Of a stretch of DNA of 64,000 nt, positions 14,931 to 26,499 are shown one piece after another. A program made the position numbers and the translations under genes. The stretch lies in contig OZ024743.1 in the NCBI GenBank assembly GCA_964016885.1, positions 175,894,001-175,958,000 on the forward strand. The letters run 5' to 3'. The stretch is from Eledone cirrhosa. Its lineage: Eukaryota. How positions within the stretch are numbered: position 1 is the stretch's first letter; the number at the start of each line of letters is the position of its first letter. The notes under the pieces were generated by a model. That model was given only the letters and a program-made list of their open reading frames with translations. It made no database searches and was not told the origin of the DNA.

Positions 14931-16712
14931 TTGCTTACAATTGTTTCCTCCAAACCGAGGTTTGGATTCTTCGGAGCAACTATTTAGTGATCTATTGCTT
15001 GAAGGCCAGACTAGTGTCTTTGTATGAGAGAAATGATCTCCGGACCACCCTGGAGATATTCAAAATTACCAAGGATTCAGACATACAATACCCAGAGCTT
15101 ATCGGGAGTCATATATAATAATAGGACCATGCCAGGTCCTGCGGGTGGAATACACTTACCGTCGAGCAAACTCTACGTGAGCTGATAATCTACTGTGTGT
15201 AATATTTATATTACAACACAACGGAAAATACTGTATATATATATATATATATATATAGTATAAAGGATACTATTTATGGTTATGTTTGTAATAAAACCTT
15301 TTATGGTTATATATTTTTTATACAAACCCCAAATAGTGAAAGATAGTCATTAATTACTATCTTATTACCAGTAAGATAAATAGCTCAATGTAATAACATC
15401 GGTTGTTTTACAGAGCAGTTATATAGACATTACAATAATCAAAGTTCAGTTTAAATGATTTATTTGCTTACAATTGTTTCCTCCAAACCGAGGTTTGGAT
15501 TCTTCGGAGCAACTATTTAGTGATCTATTGCTTGAAGGCCAGACTAGTGTCTTTGTATGAGAGAAATGATCTCCGGACCACCCTGGAGATATTCAAAATT
15601 GCCAAGGATTCAGACATACAATACCCAGAGCTTATCGGGAGTCATATATAATAATAGGACCATGCCAGGTCCTGCGGGTGGAATACACTTACAAAGAACA
15701 TTGATTTGGAGGTCTGACTCTTCTTATAGAATGTTCAGATATGACACCCCTTAATAGAAGGTAATCATCCTGATATATACACCTTTAGTACCTCTTAATA
15801 GACAACACTGTAACATATAGATAAGTAACATAATCTAGAAATTAGTTATAACTGCATATGATAGGCACTTATTGGAAACACCATTAATGTAATTTAGGAT
15901 AATAAATTTAACTAAGAAAACCAGCTAGTTACCTCCCCTTACGCATTAACTCCCCTTACGCATTAACTCCCCTTGGTCACACACACACTTCCGGAATATA
16001 ACATTATCACACAAAACTAAACAACATGATCTATTGATTAAGAATCGACAGGATATGGTTTATAACTTGGTTATATGCTGAACCATCGTGGATTATATGA
16101 TAGACCCGTGGTCTATATATTGCGTCTCATCGATTATGTGAGTGGTGGTGTGCGCGAAGACAGTGGTACTGTTTTGCCTACGCTATAATATGTTTTATAA
16201 TATGTTTGATATTTTTGATATTTTGGTGTTTCTCTACATTCGGGATTGTATATCATACAGGTGTATGCGAAAAAATGATTTAACAATTCAGCCCACATAA
16301 CACTATCGATTGCCTGCTTCAACCCCCTAACCCTGCAAGTAACAATCTGCCGCACTCTAATCCCGTATAAATAAGACACGCGTGCATGCTACACGTGAGA
16401 TTGTTTCATACACTGACTACTCTAAACTTTCCTCTTGCTTTATCTTCATAGACTGCCAATGTTTCATTTTTATTTTTATTTTTATTTTTATCCTTTAACC
16501 TTTATATGTAAATTGCCATGCTATATCATTTTGATGGATGTCATCCCACTGTGCGTCAATATATGCATATGTTTTTATATGTCTCTTGTGTTGAAAAGGA
16601 GGTCAAGTATGTTATAGATCACTAAATAGTTGCTCCGAAGAATCCAAACCTCGGTTTGGAGAAAACAATTGTAAGCAAATAAATGATTTAAACTGAACTT
16701 TGATTATTGTAA
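14927..16712. mobile_element. Tandem plus inverted pLTR-like repeat cluster
   Basis: 14927-15158 is a direct repeat of ~15460-15690. 15430-15526 is inverted at ~16615-16712. A 17-bp tandem (ctccccttacgcattaa) lies at 15933-15975. Confidence 0.75.
14931..14979 (-). ncRNA. Hammerhead motif with C4 core (CCGAAGA); further copies at 15464-15512 (-) and 16630-16678 (+)
   Basis: Reverse complement reads ttgct CCGAAGA aTCCAAACC tc GGTTTGGAg GAA ACAATTGT A agcaa; AATAAA follows in the 15464 and 16630 copies. Confidence 0.7.
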
Positions 16713-16903
16713 TCTCTCTCTCTCTCTATATATATATATATAACGAATAAATTGTGGTAAGGAACCATATGGACCATAACGCACCAGAGTACTCAATATT
16801 TAGGGTAGTAGAGTGGGTAATAGGAAAAGGTATGACCCCGACGACAGAGCTCAAGCCCTTTCGACAGCTATTTATGGACTAACTTAGTTCCTTATATGGA
16901 AGT

Positions 16904-16999
16904 ACCCCTTGACAAGTTCGGCTATTTATTTACCAGGCTAAAAATTCTAATTTAGTCCAGAAATAGCCGTCGAAACGGCTTGAGCTCTGCCGTCTGGGT
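16904..16999 (+). ncRNA. Hammerhead motif (family A), U3-A8 core, stable non-palindromic helix III
   Basis: acccc TTGACAA gttCGGCTATTT..AAATAGCCGtc GAA ACGGC ttgagctct GCCGT C tgggt (ggggt in the 4.7-kb and 44.8-kb copies); GUC site. Confidence 0.65.
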
Positions 17000-17008
17000 C
17001 ATACTTTT

Positions 17009-17082
<74 letters not shown>

Positions 17083-17685
17083 GGTGTGTGGGTGTGTGGG
17101 TGTGTGGGTGTGTGCAGCCAAATCTTCCACGCCTTGAACCTTGGGTGACACCTAAAGGTCAAACTCTAGGTCACCACCCTTTTGGTGTGAACAAGTTCAT
17201 GCGTGGGCTATCCCCTCAAGGTGGGAGACAGAAAGCGACAGGTATATAAAGCCTATATTTTCCCACCTTACATACATAGAGATCGGAGCACCACGATCCA
17301 GACCAGCTATGTGAAAGATTCACCCCTACCTTCAGGCCCCAGAGGTCTAGAGACATAGAAGAGCGATCGGATCAGTACGCTATTACAAGCTATGTGAAAG
17401 ATTCACCACTATCTACAGGACACAGTGGTCTACAGTCAACTACAGACCATTCAGAGGTATACAGACCATTACTCTCTCTCAGTCACTATGGTCTCAGACT
17501 ACAACAGCCTCTTGAACCAAGAACAAAAATAACATTGTAAACCTTCGCAACTCGTGGTAATATGTTTATTGTTCTTTTTGACTGAAGTGAAGTAAACCTT
17601 TATATATTAAGTAAATCAGCCATTCCTGTTATTTCATCTAATAACCATGTTAATTCCTCTAACAATTTCTTACTAATACCCTTCG

Positions 17686-17758
<73 letters not shown>

Positions 17759-18163
17759 TCACTCTCTGTTTCTCCCCTTCTCACTTCCTCCCGTTTGGCT
17801 TACAGTGGGTCTCTTCTTGCTTACATCTCACTCACGTCGGACGTCTGTACCTTTCGCTCATGAAGTCCACCCAGTTTATGTTGACCAGGACTACCATGTT
17901 GCTTGTTTATTTCCTTTCTTTGGTTTGCTTTTATCCTTCTATGTTGTTCACTTGTCCCCCTCGCTTTACGCGATTTACTGGTCCCAATAACTTTTTTTAG
18001 TTATTGCTCGCACCAACCTGAGGTATACGATTTTTAATGCGCTGAAATACCAATGATGGTTGTAATATCACTGACGAAGGACAATTTTTATCATATGTAA
18101 CCCATGTGCAGCCACGCAGTATTCTTCTTTCTTCTCATGTTTTATATATATATGTATATATAT

Positions 18164-18409
18164 ACGTGGGAAAGTAAAAAATCGGAGAATAGACCGTTAA
18201 AACATGTTTATTTAAAATATCACCTACGTACGTTTCGCCCAGTTGGGCTTCTCAAGGGCATAACCCCCAAAACTCTTTCCGAACAATATAAGGAACACTT
18301 GTGATTATTTATGCCCTTGAGAAGCCCAACTGGGCGAAACGTATGTAGGTGATATTTTAAATAAACATGTTTTAACGGTCTATTCTCCGATTTTTTAACT
18401 TTCCCACGT
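18164..18409. mobile_element. Small fold-back element carrying two U3-A8 hammerhead motifs (18221-18260 on -, 18312-18351 on +)
   Basis: ~100-bp inverted arms; gccc TTGAGAA GCCCA ac TGGGC GAA ACGTACGT A gg, with AATAAA shortly downstream. Confidence 0.75.
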
Positions 18410-18567
18410 GCTTACGCTCTGCTAACTCTCTAGCCCACTAAATATTAACACTTCGAATATTTAATACTGCCGGCACTAGTATCGAGCACATTTGGCATAC
18501 GTTACTTGGCAAATAACTATATGTATCACCTATCTCCCCTTTTTTTCTCTTTCTCGATACGTAAATA

Positions 18568-18617
<50 letters not shown>

Positions 18618-19261
18618 CCATATATATATATATATATATAAATTACCACACCAGGATTTCACACCACCGGTCATTGTTCCAGCTATCCATCCTACAACAC
18701 GTGGAATCTCCAACATCTTGTCCCACACTCCATGGAAATACCTTAGGAACATACACACGAACAAACACTTACATTATTTTCGAACCACGCCACCTACATC
18801 CACACCACATATAAACACAAACACACACCTCCGTATCCCCACAAACACACACTCAGCCTCCTAACTCCACATGAACCCTCTCCCCCACCCCTCTGACCCC
18901 TCTCCATCCACACACACGCACACACCGACTTACACCCCAACCCATGTACACACCGGTTTCCCCTTTACCTGAACATGGAACCTCGTTCTTCCCCCAACTC
19001 CCACATTCACATACACACACATACACCTACACACATACATAAACACTACCTTCAGCCCTCACCACTCGCACCCAAAGCCTCCCTCTCACCTCTCCACCCT
19101 CTCCTCCCACTATCACCCCTACATGCCTCACATCCTTTCACCATTTGTTTATATTTATTCTCCAAAAAAAGATTATTCCTTCCTTTTCTCCCCCATCCTT
19201 TTTTAAATGTCTTTCCACCACTTCCCCCACACACCCTCAGAACTCTCTTCCTACCCAACTT

Positions 19262-19297
19262 TCTCCTGATGAAGGGCTTACACCCGAAACCTCGTCC
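19262..19297 (+). ncRNA. Degenerate hammerhead-like motif in a pyrimidine-rich PLE-type tail
   Basis: CTGATGA aGGG cttaca CCC GAAA cctcgtc; helices I and III are poorly supported. Confidence 0.35.
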
Positions 19298-19539
19298 CCC
19301 ACCCCCACTCTCAAGCGTGAAACTAATACTAATATCATTTGTACTGTCTCTTCGTTTTTCTGTTTTTTGTTCGCTGTTTATTTATATATATATGGCATAA
19401 ATTATTTATTAAACTATATATATATATGGCATCAATTCAGGCTGTTCGCTTTGTTGACAAACAAACGAACAAAGCGGCCGGCGTTATAATAAACGTCGAC
19501 TAAACTGATGCGTGCATATATGTATGTGTACCTGTATGC

Positions 19540-19680
<141 letters not shown>

Positions 19681-19925
19681 TATATGCATGCTACTGTACG
19701 TCTGTATACATATATGTATGTACGTATACATACATACTTACATTTAAGTAAGTGCCATACTAAGAGTGAGTAATGAAATTTCGTTTTCATTTTTTTCAAC
19801 TTATAGTTTTCGGTATGCCTGACCGATTTAACTCACTCAATATGCAAATTAGGCTGCTCAGCCGTTAATTTTCATAAGGAAAGTATATACTTTCGAACGT
19901 TCAACTATCTGGCAGATGGGTAAAC

Positions 19926-19964
19926 GGTGCTGATGATAGCTAACAAGCTTGAAACTAGTACATC
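19926..19964 (+). ncRNA. Minimal type I hammerhead ribozyme, array unit 1
   Basis: ggtg CTGATGA tAGCT aaca AGCTt GAA ACTAGT A catc: helix I ggtg/catc, helix II agct/agct, palindromic helix III, GUA site. Confidence 0.8.
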
Positions 19965-20129
19965 GTTCCTGTGTCAGTGTTGAACAAAAAGGTGACGTGG
20001 TTGCCTTAACACCGTATGGCATAAATTCAGGCTGTTCGCTTTGTTGACAAACTAACGAACAAAGCGGCCGGCGTTATAATAAACGTCGACTAAACTGATG
20101 CGTGCATATATGTATGTGTACCTGTATGC

Positions 20130-20206
<77 letters not shown>

Positions 20207-20443
20207 TGCTACTGTACGTCTGTATACATATATGTATGTACGTATACATACATACTTACATTTAAGTAAGTGCCATACTAAGAGTGAGAAATGAAATTTC
20301 GTTTTCATTTTTTTCAACTTATCGTTTTCGGTATGCCTGGCCGATTTAACTCACTCAATATGCAAATTAGGCTGCTCAGCCGTTAATTTTCATAAGGAAA
20401 GTATATACTTTCGAACGTTCAACTATCTGGCAGATGGGTAAAC

Positions 20444-20482
20444 GGTGCTGATGATAGCTAACAAGCTTGAAACTAGTACATC
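20444..20482 (+). ncRNA. Minimal type I hammerhead ribozyme, array unit 2
   Basis: Identical to 19926-19964. Confidence 0.8.
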
Positions 20483-20647
20483 GTTCCTGTGTCAGTGTTG
20501 AACAAAAAGGTGACGTGGTTGCCTTAACACCGTATGGCATAAATTCAGGCTGTTCGCTTTGTTGACAAACAAACGAACAAAGCGGCCGGCGTTATAATAA
20601 ACGTCGACTAAACTGATGCGTGCATATATGTATGTGTACCTGTATGC

Positions 20648-20748
<101 letters not shown>

Positions 20749-20985
20749 TGCTACTGTACGTCTGTATACATATATGTATGTACGTATACATACATACTTA
20801 CATTTAAGTAAGTGCCATACTAAGAGTGAGAAATGAAATTTCGTTTTCATTTTTTTCAACTTATCGTTTTCGGTATGCCTGACCGATTTAACTCACTCAA
20901 TATGCAAATTAGGCTGCTCAGCCGTTAATTTTCATAAGGAAAGTATATACTTTCGAACGTTCAACTATCTGGCAGATGGGTAAAC

Positions 20986-21024
20986 GGTGCTGATGATAGC
21001 TAACAATCTTGAAACTAGTACATC
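20986..21024 (+). ncRNA. Minimal type I hammerhead ribozyme, array unit 3 (one helix II mismatch)
   Basis: As unit 1 but aacaatctt instead of aacaagctt. Confidence 0.7.
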
Positions 21025-21208
21025 GTTCCTGTGTCAGTGTTGAACAAAAAGGTGACGTGGTTGCCTTAACACCGTATGGCATAAATTCAGGCTGTTCGCT
21101 TTGTTGACAAACAAACGAACAAAGCGGCTGGCGTTATAATAAACGTCGACTAAACTGATGCGTGCATATATGTATGTGTACCTGTATGCATATGTGTATA
21201 TGTATATA

Positions 21209-21320
<112 letters not shown>

Positions 21321-21439
21321 TGCTACTGTACGTCTGTATACATATATGTATGTACGTATACATACATACTTACATTTAAGTAAGTGCCATACTAAGAGTG
21401 AGAAATGAAATTTCGTTTTCATTTTTTGCAACTTATATA

Positions 21440-21499
<60 letters not shown>

Positions 21500-21611
21500 A
21501 GTATATATATATATATGTATATATGCAAAAGTTCTATTTAAAATTGTTGGGATACAACAAGTAAATATTTTATAACTGATATAAAGCACTCGAAAAGTAT
21601 TTGGAGTAGAT

Positions 21612-23333
21612 ATACGATATTAATAAATGGATACTATATTTATAAAACCATATTTATTTCAATATACATATTTCAGGGATACCAAATTAAATTATGGTAT
21701 GCCTTCATCAGACAAAATACAATATGTAACAGTTTTACAAATAAGCTTTGACGTACCATTTTAAAATGCAACCATTATTTTTGGAAGCCATCTGGATAGT
21801 GAATTGTTTATATTATTTTAATAAGTCTTAGTGTTAAGGACAATTAGAAAAAGACGGAGAGAAAGAAAAAAGACGGAGAGAGAGAAAAAAGAAAAAGAAA
21901 AAAACGTGGAGAAATATCGGAGAGAGAGAAATGCATGGAGAAAAAAGAGAGAGAAAAATAAAGACACGAGGAAAGAAAGAAAAAAGAAAAAAGAAAAAAG
22001 AAAAAAGAAAAAAGAAAAAAGAAAAAAGAAAAAAGAAAAAAGAAAAAAGAAAAAAGAAAAAAGAAAAAAGAAAAAAGAAAAAAGAAAAAAAGAAAAAAGA
22101 AAAAAGAAAAAAGAAAAAAGAAAAAAGAAAAAAGAAAAAAGAAAAAAGAAAAAAGAAAAAAGGAAGAAATAAGAAAAACAGAGGAAAGCAACAGAGAAAT
22201 ATCAAGTCATCAGACAGATAGAAAAACTCAAGAGAGAGAAATAATATATAGAGAGAGGGGGAGATAATGAAAACTTTACGTCATGTCATATTAAGTTGAG
22301 TTAACAATTTATATGAAATGAATAATAAAAATATAAATATTAATATTCATGAATGGGACATAAATATATAATATGAGAAATTAAACATTGTTTAATAATG
22401 ATTATATGTTTAGTTTAAAACTTGAGATCACTATCAAATATATATATATATATACACACGTCCTGAAAATAGAAATTATATCTACTCAGGTCTACAATAT
22501 AGACATACAAAACGCAAATGATTTCTCTTAATCACTGCTATACATTCCTTGTGTTATAAAAAGTTCACAGTATATATACATAAATATATACGATTAACAT
22601 TCATGCCTTCATATATACGATTATCATTCATGCATTTAACATTCTGTTAAAATTATGCATATCTGCAATCAAAACTGCGTGGGTAGGCATGCACACACAT
22701 AACTCTCACCCACACACATACATATACATATATATATATACACATACATATGTATAAATAAATATTTGCGTGCGTCTTCACCAATTGTTAGACCCGCATC
22801 GCTCATGTACACATACAGACAGATATACAATCATAAAAAAAACCTATAACACTTTTATATGCATGTTAATACACACATACACATCTGTATAGAGATAATC
22901 AAATATCAATATATTACTAAAGGATTATACTTTGGAAATATAATTATAACAATATAAATTTAAAATACCAAAGGATTATATTTTGGAAATACAATTATAT
23001 CAGTATAGTCTAAAGGACAAACGAATTCTAGAGATATCAAAACATTAAATATCTTTAAAAACACTATAGAGTATCTTAAGTTAAAATAATATGTTTCATA
23101 TATTTAGTATAGATATTTATAAACAATTCACTATCCAGATGGCTTCCAAAAATAATGGTTGCATTTTAAAATGGTACGTCAAAGCTTATTTGTAAAACTG
23201 TTATATATTGTATTTTTTCTGATGAAGGCATACCATAATTTAATTTGGTATCCCTGAAATATGTATAATGAAATAAATATGGTTTTATAAATATAGTTTC
23301 CATTTATTAATATCGTATATATGTATATATATA

Positions 23334-23381
<48 letters not shown>

Positions 23382-23802
23382 TAATAAATAAACAGCGAAC
23401 AAAAAACGAAATATATATATATATATATATATACGAAATATATATATATAGAGAGATTTTGAGTATATGTTGGTTGTATACCAACACCTCAGTATGCAGG
23501 CTGGAGCACTCGACGAAGTGCGCAGGTTGGTTTGGTTACTCCGGAGTAATGTAAGGAACTGGAATCATATGATTCCAGTTCCTCAGTGAAATAACAACCC
23601 AACCAGGAACTGGGCATATCAGAGTATTGACAATATTATACACCTCAACAACATATGTACTTGTCTATACCACACTAATTCGGACTGCCTGAAGAGGTCA
23701 CAGCCAAAGATGGCTGTCACTGAAATATATATAGCAGTAATAAACGAAGCTAAATTTTAAACATTTGACTTTTTATCTAACTTTATTTTATATATATATA
23801 TA

Positions 23803-23884
<82 letters not shown>

Positions 23885-24765
23885 GATATTAATAAATGGA
23901 AACTATATTTATAAAACCATATTTATTTCATTATACATATTTCAGGGATACCACATTAAATTATGGTATGCCTTCATCAGACAAAATACAATATATAACA
24001 GTTTTACAAATAGCTTTGACGTACCCTTTTAAAATGCAACCATTACTTTTGGAGGCTGTCTGGATAGTGATTTGTTTATATTATTTTAATAAGTCATAGT
24101 GTTAAGCACAATTAGAAAAAGACGGAGAGAAAGAAAAAAAAACGGAGAGAGAGAAAGAAAACCTGGAGAAATATCGGAGAGAGAGAGAAATGTATGGAGA
24201 TTAGAAAGAGATAAATAAAGATAGGAGGAAATAAAAAAGAAAGAAAAAAGGAAGAAATAAGAAAAACAAAGGAAAGCAACAGAGAGATATCAAGTCATCA
24301 TACAGATAGAAAAACTCAAGAAAGAGAAATACTATATAGAGAGAGGGGGAGACAATGATAACTTTACGTCATGTCATATTAAGTTGAGTTAACAATTCAT
24401 ATGAAATGAATAATAAAAATATAAATATCAATATTCATGAATGGGACATAGATATATAATATGTGAAATTAAACATTATTCAATAATGACTATATGTTTA
24501 GTTTAAAAACTTGAGATCTATATACCAAAATCTGAGTTAAATCGTTCAAAATGTACCCTTGGTATAGAGATCAGTATCTTATGCAAAGACATACAAATAT
24601 ATATGTATATATATATATATACACACACATACGCACGTCCTGAAAACAGAAATTATGTTTACTCAAGCCAACAATATAGCCATACAAAACGTAAATGATT
24701 TCTCTTAATCACTGCTATACATTCCTTGTGTTATAAAAGGTTCACAGTATATATACATAAATAAA
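21612..24765. mobile_element. Family B PLE-tail repeats: direct copies 21612-22580 and 23882-24765, inverted copy 23120-23320
   Basis: Shared sequence includes the HHR motif CTGATGA AGGCATACCA..TGGTATCCCT GAAATATGTATA at ~21657-21716 (-), 23213-23272 (+) and ~23926-23985 (-). A (GAAAAAA)n expansion at 21975-22160 is present only in the first copy. Confidence 0.75.
23684..23738 (+). ncRNA. Type I hammerhead ribozyme, canonical core, followed directly by AATAAA
   Basis: actgc CTGAAGA GGTcACAGCCA aaga TGGCTGTcACT GAA ATATATAT A gcagt AATAAA: 5-bp helix I, long helix II, (AU)4 helix III, AUA site. Confidence 0.8.
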
Positions 24766-25424
24766 TAATATTTGTTGTGATTGGAGAGGGTAGAAGCAGG
24801 AGGGGAGAAAAGAAGAAGAAGGAGGTGGAGGAGGCAGGGGATGGTTGTTGTGGCAGCATACTGCTGTGTGAGACCCTTTGAATAGTGGATACAAGGTTTG
24901 GCTGGGATTGGTTTGAAAGGCCGGGTGACCGTAGAGTTGACCGTGGATGGTGGGGGGGGGGGGGGTGATTGATTCTAAAAATATCTACTTGGTATATTTT
25001 CTTAGAAGAAATCATCAACATTGACCTTGCTTTATTTCCACAAAGAAGATTATGAGTTATTGAGATACTCATTTGGGGGGTTGATTGTTTCTAAAAATAT
25101 CTATCTCGGTATTTTTTCTTAGAAGAAAACATCAACATTGACCTTGTTATATTTTTGCCACAAAGAAGATTCAGAGTTATTGAAATATGAATTCCATCCC
25201 TAGCAGGAATTTTAGATTTAGGGGAATGGAGAAAGTTTTGCTACAAAGAGGGGTTCAGAGCCACTGGATTACCCATTCTATCTTCAGCAGAAGCTTCCAG
25301 ATTCAGGGGAATGTAAAGCATTTAGTTTGACACCTGAATGCTTCCATTCATCCGATTATCTACATGGAAGCCCTCCAGGGCTAGCTGATGTTGGTGTTTT
25401 TATGCGGTTGCTTGGTCTGAAATT

Positions 25425-25600
25425 GGCAGTATCCGTATAGGGTTGGACGCCATGCTTTCTAGCATAGTTACGTCCCTTTACAGTCTGAGTTCAAATCCCG
25501 CCGAGGTTAACTTTGCCTTTCATCCTTACGGGGTCGATAAAATAAAGTACCAGTAATGTACTGGGTAATTGCTGGCCTTGTGCATAAAGTAGAAAGATTA
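25425..25600 (+). mobile_element. tRNA-derived SINE; related copies at 29640-29935 (-, two partial) and 37807-37920 (+)
   Basis: B-box-like gagttcaaatcc followed by the conserved body ctttgcctttcatccttacggggtcgataaaataaagtaccag; multiple copies in the window. Confidence 0.7.
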
Positions 25601-25711
25601 TATAGTTGTCAGAGGTTGCTGGAATCTTGGAGAAGGATACATTGCTAAAGGGTTAATTTGTTTAGGGTGTTAATTTTAAAGTGTGCCAGCTTTAGTTTAG
25701 TCCGAAGTGGA

Positions 25712-25865
25712 GGTATTTAGAAGGGTTCGTATTTGGCGATAAATTGTGATTCCTTGCTAATGTGCTGGATGTAGGAAGCGTTGTCTTTAAATTTGTAGAT
25801 GGGAAAAATTCTAAAATTGGGTTGTTCATTAGATGCGCAGGTCGCGACGTGTTCACTTAGTGATA
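25712..25865 (-). pseudogene. C-terminal GIY-YIG fragment of a second Neptune-type PLE
   Basis: Minus strand reads LSEHVATCASNEQPNFRIFPIYKFKDNASYIQHISKESQFIAKYEP, clearly homologous to LSEHIDTCAAQNHPNFRIFPLYKFKDNATHTQRISKESYFINKYGP at ~3310-3450. Confidence 0.8.
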
Positions 25866-25913
25866 TCTACTATTTGTTTTTATATACATCAACTCATGTG
25901 TTACTTTCTACAT

Positions 25914-25965
<52 letters not shown>

Positions 25966-26035
25966 ATATATGTATATATATATATATATAGTGACGAAAC
26001 ATAAGTCAATTGCATGAACTCATAATCCTTTATTT

Positions 26036-26098
26036 ACTGCTATATATATTTCGATGATAGCCATTGAATGGCTATCACCTCATCAGCTCATCAGGCAT
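26036..26098 (-). ncRNA. Type I hammerhead with a tandemly duplicated core box
   Basis: Reverse complement reads atgc CTGATGA g CTGATGA GGTGATAGCCAT tca ATGGCTATCATC GAA ATATATAT A gcagt aaataaa. Confidence 0.7.
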
Positions 26099-26327
26099 TT
26101 AGTCAGTTCTTAGATATTCCAACTCTGTGTTTATGGTGTTCGATGGTATCAGAGCCTTGGGACATATATATATATATACATGTGTGTGTTTGTGTTTGTA
26201 TGTATTGTGTAAGTTTGAAATTTTAAATGTGCGCATGCCAAAGCAAATGACGATAGTTATAGTTGATCACTATATTTAAGTATCGAAAAAAACGGGAAAA
26301 CTACCCCTAGATACAGAGAAAGTGGTC

Positions 26328-26394
26328 ATAGGCGCCTGATAGGAATCGAAGCCATATGTTTTAATTGCAGGTGAGCGCGTTAACCATTACGCTA
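26328..26394 (-). mobile_element. tRNA-like SINE head / tRNA pseudogene fragment
   Basis: Reverse complement has tagcgtaatggttaacgcg (A-box-like) and gcttcgattcc (B-box-like); it does not form a full cloverleaf. Confidence 0.4.
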
Positions 26395-26499
26395 AAGAGA
26401 CACTGGTCACATTTCCGAAGATTTAAGTTGGGATCAGTACAAAAGGTCGTATAAACTTTTGAGGGAATACAACAAATTGAATTGAATACAAAATGTCAA

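Noticed and set aside
17108-17663. Possible solo LTR (TATA-like box, internal gctatgtgaaagattcacc repeat, ends in ..AACA)
   Set aside because: No second LTR, primer-binding site, polypurine tract or clear target-site duplication, and the 5' boundary is lost in (TG)n.
21831-22221. Lys/Glu/Arg-rich ORFs
   Set aside because: Translation of a (GAAAAAA)n expansion that is absent from the paralogous copy near 24230.
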